The notes under the pieces: generated by a model
The model's input: the letters and a program-made list of their open reading frames with translations, nothing else
What the model was told of the DNA's origin: nothing
Database searches by the model: none
Translations under genes and position numbers: made by a program
Shown here: piece after piece, positions 52,447-64,000 of the stretch
Numbering within the stretch: position 1 is the stretch's first letter
Layout: each line of letters starts with the position of its first letter
From: the human T2T-CHM13v2.0 reference genome, Homo sapiens
Assembly (NCBI RefSeq): GCF_009914755.1
Contig: NC_060938.1
DNA: 64,000 bases
Direction: 5' to 3' (one strand)

Positions 52447-53556
52447 TGTTGCAGGAAGTCAGGGACCCCAAACAGAGGGACCAGCTGAAGCCATGGCGGA
52501 AGAACATAAATTGTGAAGATTTCATGGACATTTATTAGTTCCCCAAATTAATACTTTTATAATTTCTTACACCTGTCTTTACTGCAATCTCTGAATATAA
52601 ATTGTGAAGATTTCATGGACACTTATCACTTCCCCAGTCAATACCCTTGTGATTTCCTATGGCTGTCTTTACTTTAATCTCTTAATCCCATCATTTTCGT
52701 AAACTGAGGAGGATGTATGTCACCTCAGGACCCTGTGATGATTGCATTAACTGCACAGATTGTTTGTAGAGCATGTGTATTTGAACAATGTGAAATCTGG
52801 GCACCTTGAAAAACGAACAGGATAACAGCAATGTTCAGGGAACGAGAGAGATAATCTTAAACTCTGACTGCCGATGAGCCGGGCGGGACAGAGCCATATT
52901 TCTCTTCTTTCAAAAGCAAATGGGAGAAATATCGCTGAATTCTTTTACTCAGCAAGGAACATCCCTGAGAAAGAGAATGCGTTCCTGAGGGTAGGCCTCT
53001 AAATTGGCCTCCCTGGGTGCGGACATCTTTTATGGTTGCCTCTAGGGATGAAATAAGCCCCAGTCTCCCATAGCACTCCCAGGCTTATTAGGACGAGGAA
53101 ATTCCCACCTAATAAATTTTTGGTCAGACCGGTTGTCTGCTCTCAAACCCTGTCTCCTGATGAGATGTTATCAATGACAATGTGTGCCCAAAACATCATT
53201 AGCAATTTTAATTTCACCCCGGTCCTGTGGTCCTGTGATCTCGCCCTGCCTCCATTTGCCTTGTGATACTCTATTACGTTGTGAAGCACATGATCTCTGT
53301 GACACACACCCTATTCGTACACTCCCTCCCCTTTGAAAATCACTAGTAAAAACTTGCTGGTTTTACGGCTTGCGGGGCATCATGGAACCTACCAACATGT
53401 GATGTCTCCCCCGGACGCCCAGCTTTAAAATTTCTCTCTTTTGTATTCTGTCCCTTTATTTCTCAAACCTGCCGACGCTTGGGGAAAATAGAAAAGAACA
53501 TACGTGAAATATCGGGGGTGAATTTTGCCCGATATCTGGCTAAATTTCCCCCAATA
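52447..53556 (+). mobile_element. MER11A-type solo LTR (HERV-K11/HML-8)
   Basis: Starts TGTTGCAGGAAGTCAGGGACCCC and ends AATTTCCCCCAATA; internal repeat ataaattgtgaagatttcatggaca; perfect 6-bp TSD CTTGAA at 52441-52446 and 53557-53562. Confidence 0.94.
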
Positions 53557-56500
53557 CTTGAAGACCAAAAGTCAATTTTTAAAGTAGCCTTCAGCGTAAA
53601 AGGTAACAATTTTAAATCACAGAATTCAGAGAATAATCATGGACCAGTTGTGCCTAGAGTTAGTAGTTTCAAATGTTTAACACTCCATTTGCCCCAGATT
53701 TATATATTTATTTTCCAAATCAGTCTGTGTGTGTGTGTGTTGGTGTGTGTATGAATGACAGACAGAGACAGTATCCACTGACAGCTCCAGCACTATGTGG
53801 TCTTTATCTCTTATAATTCTACATTGAGAGAAACTTTTACCCCTAACTTTTATATATCAATTTTCATTGAGTACCTGTGATTGCATCCGTTTGAATCAAA
53901 CGGTTTTCTCTTGAACCAATCACTTTAAACTGGGGAAACAGTTTGGCTAAGTTTGTATTACCAACCCTAAAGTCAAATTACATGTAACCATCTATATTAA
54001 CTTTTCTGATGGTACAAAGATGTGTATGATTTATATCACCTTGAGATGTAATACATAATACTTAGTTTCATATTACTCTGAGAGGGTGGGAAAGAAAAAT
54101 AATTAGAAATATTTGGTTTTTATGTTAATAAATTAAGTCATTTATTTCATTTAATATGAATTCTCAAAATTCTACTGCTTTTTCCCCAAGTTTTAAGGTC
54201 TTATATAATAAAATTACTAACTCTGTGAATGTGAGATAGTTCCGTTTAATGTTTTCATTTAAATAAAATTTTATGTTTTATTAAAAGTACATGAGCTGAT
54301 AAAGTATATGACTTCTCATACCTATTATTCTGTTTTATGAATGTTATTGAAAATGTCTGTACTATGCCTTAACACAGCCACACTAACACTATAATATATG
54401 ATTCAGAACCTCACATAATCTAGATTGCCTCATTCATAATGTATTCATTTGGAAATATTTCACATGAGGAAAACTGAACTTCTTCAAAGTGATCTGTAAG
54501 AGTCATTTGAAATTTAGCTATTCCACAAACATTTTCAACCACGGTAGTTAGAAAAATAATTGCCTAACTCTAAATTCCTTCAGCACATATCATATGAACT
54601 ATTGATTTATTTCTTAACATTAATCATTTTATCATTAATTTCTGTGGAGTCAAATTTAGTAGGCTGCTTTATATTGTAGACTTTGAAAAAAAAACGAAAG
54701 AAAACAACAAACAACAACAACAAAAGAATGTGTGTGTTAAGCACTGGCCATGGTAGGGTCTAACATATATTGTTCTAATACTGATGATTTCTACTGGCCT
54801 TTCATGTGGAGTATACTGCAGCAGAGCTACATGCATAACTCAATGTCACCACCCTGGTCTACTCAATAAGGTGTCATCTACTGGTCCCTGGGTATGTTCA
54901 GGAAAATTGCCATATCGTTTCCATAGGAAATTATTATGATCCCAAAGGCAGTCCACAGCTTATTTTAATAATTTGTCATTAATAGAGAATAATAATTACA
55001 AAAGCACTTATTTTTGGAAGATGTCACAAAGATGTTCCTGAATAATATAGTTCACTAAACAGACAATGCTTCCTTAGGCAGGACACTGTGGCGTTCATCC
55101 CTAAGATTATAGAATATTCATTTCATAATCTTAAGACTCCTCAATATTTTTTACCAGACTCTTCCCTCTTCATATTTAAGAATGGCTAAACATCAGATTA
55201 CTTAGGTGCCAAATACTGGTTGGAAAAATTGTGGGAGGAGACCTCTGTGTCCCAGAGGCAATTGTTTCAATTGTCATATTTGCCAACACTTTTCAGTAAT
55301 TTCATGTTCCAATTCAGAACTGTATAAGCAGATTTGCATTCTAAATTTCTCTGTAAAATTTTAAATGCCATAGTTCATAGATTTCACAGTTATAAAGTTC
55401 AATAATAATAGTCATTGTGAAATTGAACTTTGTGATAATTTTAATAAAATCTGTGTCATATTTTGTTGTGTATATAAGGAAAATTGAAACTTTTCCTTAC
55501 AAAAGGCATATTTTCCTTATTATGTTTGTTTTAGAATGAGATTTTGCATACATAGCTACAGAAATGCATTTATAAATTTCTAACTCATGTTATTGAAATT
55601 CAAAATACAAAGTACTCAATCTTTTCTATTGTAATTATTTAAATAAATAATATTTCAATATGTAATTAAAAATAATCCTATCCTAAATTGGTACTTCTAC
55701 AAATTTGTTAACTTTCAAGAAATGTTCCTATATGTTTCACATGATATTAGATTTAGGAAAGATAAATAACATATAACATTTAATCAAATGCCTGAACTAG
55801 CAGAATACAATCAGCCACTAGAAAATTGGTTATGTTCCTTTCAGCATTGTAAGGAAAACACTCCCAAATCTGACCCTTGGAAATGTTGCCAGAGATTTGC
55901 TTCAAATCAGTGCATAACAAAAGGATTTCTCTTTGCAAATGTTAAATCCCAACTCATTTCCTTCTGAATCCATCAGCCCCACAGCTTTTCCTCTCTCAGC
56001 CTCAATGGCAGGATTGTGAAAGCAAACAGCTGTCCCTCCATTATTTTTTTTCATTACATGCTACAGACTGTCACTAGCTCTTATAAATTCAGATTGAACT
56101 GAACAGTCTGAAGAAGTTCAGTTCAGGGTCAAGCTCCCTGAAATAGCATGAAATTGTGCATTGCTGGAAACAAAGGGTTTAATCTTTGTGCCAAGGGTCA
56201 TAAAACAGGATCATCTGGTTCTTTCAACCATTACTCTTCTACTGCAGCTAGTTCCTGGAAATTTGTAACTTTCAGTGATTGAAAGAAGAAACTGTCCGTT
56301 GCTTAAGAGAAGGGAAAAATGCTGTAACAGTGACTTGGACTTGATTTACTGATGTTCTGCTTCACTGACATATTCAATAAATTGCAATTAGTTTTCGCAG
56401 ACTTAATATTCAAAATCCGTGGTTACTGGAGTGTGCTTTGGAAGATTCAGTCATGTAAACCAGGGCAATATATTGATGCACATGTGCTACATACTTTAGT

Positions 56501-57057
56501 GACATTACTTCTTTTGATTTGATGTTCTCTTTGCCCAGCAATATTTCAGCTATTCTAAAAATGTCCTCCTTTGTAATTCACAACCCAAAAATCATTTTTC
56601 CCATTATCAGGCAGAAAAGAAACAGAATTCATGCTTAAAGATAACTAAGAAGATATGAAACTAAATTATACTACGATTGCTTTTGTAAAGCTCTTTATGA
56701 ATTGGGAGAAATAATTATCTATTCATTAAACAAGCATTTTAGAGGTAGTGGTTAAAACTTTCTGTTTTCAAATAAAATAATACAAAAATAATTTTATTTT
56801 TTGGCATAAGTATGAGAAAATAAGATACATGACAGAAAGAAAGAAGATATACAGAATCAGTCTAGGTGCTGGTAACATTTTTTGTTACACTATATCGTTT
56901 GACATTTTGCCTGAATTTCCCTTATTCTAAGAGCCAGAATATTATGGTGAAAGTCATGTTGTATTTTTTTAGTTTGAGGTTACTTTAGGATATATCTTTT
57001 AGAGAAATACTTATTTTGGAACGTATCCTTAATTTTAATAATTCAGGTTATATGTGA

Positions 57058-57058
57058 A

Positions 57059-57091
<33 letters not shown>
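57058..57091. repeat. (CA)n microsatellite
   Basis: Seen directly. Confidence 0.95.
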
Positions 57092-59282
57092 GAATTATAG
57101 GGTTTCACATGACTAGCAACTGATGTTCTGTTTCTGGTTTGAACTGCATCTACATTTCTTTTTAGAAACCCATATAGAAGCAGTATTTATTACTTTCTAT
57201 TTGCCTGAAGTCATATACTCAATGTTTTCTGTCTTATTTTTCTTCTGTAACTTATTATTTTCTCTTAATTGTGCACAGAAAATAAACTTAATCAGATGTG
57301 ATTTCTCATGAATGTAAGAAAGGGATAATCCCTACCCTTAAAAAATTTTAGTTTATAAATCACTTGGAACCACTCCATATTCTATTATTTCTTCTCATGT
57401 GTGAATTCTCACAGTCATCAGAGTTTTTACTAAAGATATAGTCAATTTACTTCTAGAAACAAAAGCACGCTTTCTAACAGCTTGTGACAACAATACTGTT
57501 TTTTGAAGTTACAGGCACATTAGACAAATTGGGGTATTTAAATGGCCCTTGTAGTTTGTAATTTTCTTGTGGATGCATGTATTCACTTTTTGGAAAAATT
57601 TGTTTGTTGTTGAATTGAAGTCTATACTTCAAAAGAATGTTCAGAAGCTCTGTGATCTTATGAGGAAAGGTAAAATTGATAAGGTGAGAAAAAAAAACAG
57701 ATTCTACCTTAGAAAATTGTGTACTTGAAAAATCTCAATCAAAAGTAAAAGTAAGTTGAGTGTATTTTAATTAGATTATTACTTATTTTTAAACATTTAT
57801 TTTTATATTACTAAATTTACTTTAAATTGCCTTTATTTTATATAACTATTTTTTCTACACATTTTTTGTTTCGTGCACAATATAGGACTGCAAATTCCTA
57901 GTATATCTAGACTGAACCTTAAGTCTAAAATCTTTGAATATTTATATATGCTTCTTACCTGTCACTGAACTATATTTTTCTTTAACATACAAGTACTACC
58001 CAGTCTTTGGAAGTATGGAAAGCTACCAAAAATTATGTATGTTTTCTTGACAATATTTAAATCACACTAAATATACTTTTGATAAACTGCTTTTTTCCTT
58101 GCTGATTTAGTATTTTTTACTTTTGCTAAGTAGAAACAGCTTAAAATATATATTTAGTTTCACAAATATTTTAAAAAATAGTTGAATGAATGACATACTA
58201 AAATTTAATACATAGTAGTTGTTTTAAATTCCTTACAGATTTTTTTTTCCAGAGGCAGTTAATATCAGAGACTCTTTACTTATTCAGATATATCCAAATA
58301 TACAGGTTGAAAGTTTTTATTAATGATGCGTAATAACATAACACATATTGAAAATGACTACCATTATTTTACCTCACAGTCTTTGGTATGAAACGTAAGG
58401 AAAAAGAAGAAAACAGTCTTTGTACCCATGGAAACGGTAAAACAAACAGGCTGACGCACCTTTTATCTATAGGAGCCTATCAATTTGACTTTTAAAATAA
58501 TTATGTTCAAATAGTATTCACTGACTTCATGGGTGTCTTTTGCATTTATAACAATTTCTAATTTCTTCTCTTTTCCTTGAGCAATATGCCTTTCCAGGAT
58601 CTCATTTTGGGAATTATAGATTGGAATATTCATTGCTGGACTTTTTGCCACATAATCTAATAAGATATTTTATTCCTCTTTTCAGCTCTGTTAGATAGCA
58701 ACTGTAACACAATTATGACACACTTCTCTAAAAGTAAAGGTGATTGAAAATGCTAGGGTAATTAGAGGTGCTGCTGTCTTAAATATGTGAAAGTTCAATT
58801 TTATTTTCTTAAGCTGACTCTAAACATTTCTTAACATTTACTTCAGTCATGCAGACATTTCAAATGTTGATACTTTAATAGTGCTATTGATTGTTTGGAA
58901 ATTCAGAAAGGATGTGCCTTTCACCAAATCATAAAATTGCAAGTGAGTGGGTTTCAGCCATCTCAAGATCACTAGATACATTCCGCCTAGCATCAATCAA
59001 AGTATACATATTCAAAAAAGACTTTTTTATTCTTTGTGGAAGTGTTGTAGTAAAAATAAGGATATGCTTACATTTTTTGTATGTTTTTATTCTTTAGCAT
59101 TTCTGTTATTTTCCTTATTTTAACTGTGTTCTTTTTTCACATTCTGTTCTTATTTGTTTCTCATCATCTTTAAGAAAGAACATTTTTATAAAAGTGTGAC
59201 TGAAAAATAAAGATAATTGAATTTAAGGAAAAGGAGTTTAGAAAACATGTCCAGTCTTAAGGTACCTAGTTGTAACATACAC

Positions 59283-59330
59283 TTCTTTTTCTTTTTTTAT
59301 TAAGGCTAGTATGTGCAGTAGTGAGAAGGG
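59283..59330 (-). pseudogene. 5'-truncated Y1 RNA retropseudogene (3' ~29 nt plus A-rich tail)
   Basis: Minus strand CCCTTCTCACTACTGCACATACTAGCCTT-AATAAAAAAAGAAAAAGAA versus the hY1 3' end CCCTTCTCACTACTGCACTTGACTAGTCTTT. Confidence 0.8.
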
Positions 59331-61028
59331 AGTATTTCTATAGGATGTTTATTGTAACTAAAAATTATTTTAAACAAAATTGTTTTCTTAAAGCAATCTT
59401 TAGATGTTTGGTTTGCTGAAGAATGTATTATTATTACACTGTTACACACATATGTGTATGTGCATACAAATTTATAGTATGAATCTAATGTAACAATATA
59501 TAAAAAATTAATGTTACTTAAACAAAATGTAGAAATAATTAAATGACAGAGGAATTACTGTACTAGAATGAAAAATACATTATCAGGTTATAGAATTTCA
59601 ATTTACATAGTATTTTCTAAATGTTGCTTCTTTTGATATCCCTTTAAAATTAGTAAGGTTGCAAATCTAGTACCCCTTTCAAAAAAGCATCATTGGAAAC
59701 TTATTTTGAATTAATATAATTGATGAATTCATTCCATTTTTTCTGCATTAGGTGGTGTACTGGTTCAGGGGCTCTGAAAAGTAGTAATAATTCATCTGGC
59801 CCTCAAGATTATTACCATTACCAACAGAATTAAAGGAATAAGGGCCCCTTTTTAGAAAACTTTGATTACTTCTGATTCCCTGGAAATATTATTTTCCTGA
59901 AGAAGTGACAGTCTATAAATTAAAATTTTCTATGTTATATTTATAATAAATACTTGTATGTGTTTATACAGTTATGCTTCTTATTATGTATTAGCTCACT
60001 AAGACTATAAAAGGGGAATATAAAAATGTTTGATAAGGGTAACTTCTGTAACAGTTGAGGTCCTAATCAGTGAATTTTTCCTTTCTGGAGTTTCTGTAGA
60101 ATTGCTGACACTTATCCTGTACAGAGAATTTATGAAAACAAATTCTGATCTAGTTTCAACTGGACAAAATAAATAACCTATGTTATAAGCTACTTGCTTA
60201 GTATGAATGAATGTTTATTTTTTGCTAGGACACTACATGCAAGTATTTGCATAAATTTTGCTTTTTTAATCTTAGGGGTTTTTTATGCAATTAAAATATT
60301 TAGAACTAACCTGTAAATATATTCAAATTAAATAAGTTGAAGAGTTTACCAGTTAAATTGGAAGGTTCTATTTCCTGTTATACAGACACTGAATATGGTA
60401 TTTCTTTACAATTCTTTGAAAACTCAAATGCAATAATGCTATCTATTCTTGGATCCTTGGTCCAAAGCATAGCTGCTTTGGGTTTCAAGTTATATTTATC
60501 ACTTCTTCTGGGGTGCTCTCCCTGATTCCACATATTAAATTTGGATAAATCTTGTGGGTTCTTCTCTAGTGTCCTGTGCTTATCTTTTGGAATTCTTATA
60601 TTTTATGTTAGGCTCTGCCATGACACAGAATGTACACATAATGTTCATAGCTGGATATCTCACACTTTTTGAGTATAAAAATGATAATCATTATAACAAT
60701 ATTATGTATTTTTTTAGTTTATAAGCTATAACTATTACATTGAATTATGAGATTCTTCTGATTATTTGTGATAAAAGTTTAATTTAAAAATGAATGTAAG
60801 TTTAAAATATGGTAATGCTAGTTAAGTTGAGCTTAATTATGTGTTATAAACTTTATAAAACATTAAGGTTTGCATACTTTACAACATAAAGATCAATAAA
60901 AATGATGAGGATGCTGAAATAAAAGAAGTATTCGATAAATGTAGCAGTATCCATTTACATTCTTTTATGGATTACTCATATATAAAACACAGACATTGAT
61001 AGATTCATATTTAAAACATAGAAATTTC

Positions 61029-61366
<338 letters not shown>

Positions 61367-61939
61367 CTAAATTCAAGAGTGGCAAATGGTCCTATGGTAT
61401 GCACATCTAAAGACTAAATCCAACATGATAAACTATTCAGAAAGATTAGTATGTAAACCTATATTAGAAAAATCTGAATCTTCAATAAAATAAAGCTCTG
61501 TGAAGAGATGCTAGGGATCTGAGATCTGACATTAAGCATTTACAGCAGTAAGTGAACAAGTTGACTGACTCAAGAGAAGTAAGCACGGGATGAAGGACAT
61601 ATATGTTTCTGATGTAATATTAGGGATTAAAGGGTCACTCATCCCACAATCTTTTGCTTATAAGAACAAAGCATATTTCATATATCAAAGAGACATCAAG
61701 TAAGTTATTAAGTCATGTGAATATCTTTAACAATTGGGACTATCACTGTGGAGTATTATTATTGCATTGATTGTTATTATTATACATTTCAGCAATAGCA
61801 GTCTCATTTTAGATAAATTTAAAATGTAATACTTATATATATGGAACAATTTTCAGAAATGTAATTGTCAAGATTTTTTCCCTATGACCCCTGAATCTCT
61901 CTCAAATCCATCTGCTTCTTTCTAATGTCTATCTGCAGC

Positions 61940-62145
61940 TAGATTGTCTGGGTTTGTAGTCAGACTTCAACACTTACTATGCGACATTAAACTCTATACA
62001 CTCAATTTCATTCTCTAAAATAATGATCAGAATAATGGTATCAATATCATAGGTTAGTGGTGAGTATTAAGTTAATTCATTTAAGTAAAGCTCTTAGAAG
62101 AACACCTGGCAAGTAGAAAATGGATTTGAGTGTTCATTATTATTT
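61940..62145 (+). mobile_element. MIR SINE
   Basis: 'tctgggtttg...cacttacta...taaaataatgat...gtaaagctcttagaagaacacctggcaagtag'. Confidence 0.75.
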
Positions 62146-63019
62146 TCCCCATTGGCAGCACCTTGGTTTAAACTTGTAGATTTTATAAAGATTGTTCCAG
62201 ATGACAAGTACTTTGGACATGCATGGCGTGCATATACACAAAAGGTTAGCAGTTGCAATTTTGAGTCTGGGATAGCATGTGTTACATCGTTTTTACTAGT
62301 AATAAGGGATTTATTTAGACTAATAAGCTTTTTGACTTATTAATGGATTCAATTTTTTGTTCAAATATATAGTGAAGAGCATATTAACAAAATCCATACA
62401 CTAAATTTGTTGGTACTTTGAACATGACTTTATATCAAGTTTGGGATACACATCAAATTTTCTTGAATGCCTAAAGTTTATTCACTAAGTGCTGCTTACT
62501 TGCCAGCAGGAGAGGAACAATTTAGTCACAGAGGAACAATTTTGTCACATGTTAAGAATGACCAACTTATACAATAGAGTCACCAGTAATGACTCTATAC
62601 CATCACCATGCGAGACTCACATTTATTTTTCTTATATTCCAGAGAACAAAAGCTTGATCTTTCATAACTGTATAGCAACTGTGGAAAGATAGCAGTATAA
62701 AGTGAAATGACAGGCTAATGGAGTCACCTTGACCTGGGACTCATTTGCTGGGGACATAGTTATTTAGTTGTAAGAAGTATCTTTTAGTTTAGAGGTATAA
62801 TATCTCCTCTTAAGTAACTTTTGCTTTCAGCAAACCATAAGAGTAAAAAATAATCCAAAAGGTTTGGAAGCCAAGGAATATGTCAAACTGAATCCTGGAG
62901 TTAATTCCTTAGTACCCAGCTCAAAGAAAGATGCCATCGTTTCATATCTGAATTACCAGAATGACATCTTCTATTCTTGACCATATTTGACACATGAACA
63001 CCTTATTCTTTCACTTTTT

Positions 63020-63440
63020 CTTCCTTTTTTCCTTTAGAACTTCTGAAAAATTTCAAACCTACAAAACAACTGAAAGAATAGTACAATAGGTATTTACATT
63101 CTCTTCTGGATCCACTAATTTTTAATATTTAGTACATTCTCTCTCTCTGTCTCTCTCTCTCTCTCTCCTGATTTAGAATTTAGTTGCAGACTTAATGACA
63201 CTTCTTGCCTAGGTAGTTCATCATTTGTTTTTAAGAGCTAGAGCATTCTCTTATACAACGACAATACAATTATTATGTTCTGAGAATTTATCATTGATAG
63301 AATATTGTCATCTAGTACACAGTTCCTATTCAAATTTTGCTAGTTGTCTCAATTTTTATAGCTTCATGATTTTCTTTTTCTAGATTTAATCAAGAAAAAC
63401 TCTTTACATTTGGTTTTAATATTTTCACTTTCATATTATC
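63020..63440 (-). mobile_element. L1MC-type 3' UTR fragment containing (TC)n
   Basis: 'aaaatttcaaacctaca...gaatagtacaat', 'gttgcagac...atgacactt', 'gcattctcttatacaac...atacaattat'. Confidence 0.7.
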
Positions 63441-63643
63441 TTATGGAAGTCAATATAATATTTTTGAAAGCTCAAATAAATTATATCATCTCCTGCAATC
63501 TTTTAATAGCCCTTAAAATGAAATACAAATCTATCCTTAGCACCTCAATGCCATTTCATTTATTATCAACTTCACATTCTTTTTCAGTTACACAGAATTA
63601 ACTTACATTTCCAGAAATCACCACACCCTCTCTTATATCTATA

Positions 63644-64000
63644 TGTGGGGATTCAGTCAGGCTGGTGGGGAAAATTTTAGTTATAAATAATAGCCACAAA
63701 CCTTCTTGGAAGGCCTGAAGGTTTTTGGAGAAGTTTCGGGATAAGGTTATGGCTGAAGGCAACCTAATCCTTACCTTGACTAAATAGTTTAAAGTGGGTA
63801 CAAAGGAAGGAAGAGTAGTTTATCTAACTAGCTTGTTTACTCATGGGGTCATAAAACCAACCTTTGATCACTTGCGGGTACATGATGGCTCTCTCCGGGA
63901 TGGGGGCAACCACATTAATTAGCCACAAGTGTATTTACTCACAACCTTTGTCAATTAATCTTTACTGAATAAATGCTAGTCTCACTGGCAAGTCGAGGCT
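63644..64000 (+). mobile_element. LTR22-family LTR (HERV-K22/HML-5), truncated by the window end
   Basis: Starts TGTGGGGATTCAGTCAGGCTGGTGGG; 'ggttatggctgaaggcaacctaatcc', 'gaataaatgctagtctcactgg'. Confidence 0.85.

Noticed and set aside
58526-58656. Minus-strand coding exon (YVAKSPAMNIPIYNSQNEILERHIAQGKEKKLEIVINAKDTHE)
   Set aside because: The frame is open with AG and GTCAGT ends, but the acceptor has almost no pyrimidine tract, I do not recognise the peptide, and there are no partner exons. A tBLASTn or PhyloCSF hit would revive it.

Overview
AT-rich, non-coding primate genomic DNA, most likely human or great ape because it carries an AluYe-type element. It is either intergenic or deep intronic. 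I cannot support any intact protein-coding gene: the longer ORFs in the track are decayed L1, THE1, Tigger1, Alu or LTR frames, and the rest look like chance frames. Roughly half the window is recognisable transposable element. This includes a full-length THE1 (MaLR) provirus with a 5-bp TSD inside an L1MA, and a ~6-kb L1PA8. There is also a twin-primed (5'-inverted) L1MA inside a MER31/MER67-type LTR, itself carrying an AluY, and a full-length Tigger1 holding a head-to-head AluJ/AluYe pair. Three different HERV-K-class LTRs (LTR13A, MER11A, LTR22) and many MIR, L2, MLT and hAT relics are present. Non-TE signals are several local tandem duplications (174, 121, 51, 19 and 14 bp), a 3'-end Y1 RNA retrocopy, and candidate cis-regulatory motif clusters (ARE/AP-1, DR5 retinoic-acid element, RFX+forkhead). 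One THE1 LTR has had its DUX4 motif converted to an AP-1 motif. Subfamily names come from remembered consensus sequences and need RepeatMasker/Dfam confirmation. I see no convincing new multi-component biological system; the regulatory and exon calls are hypotheses.
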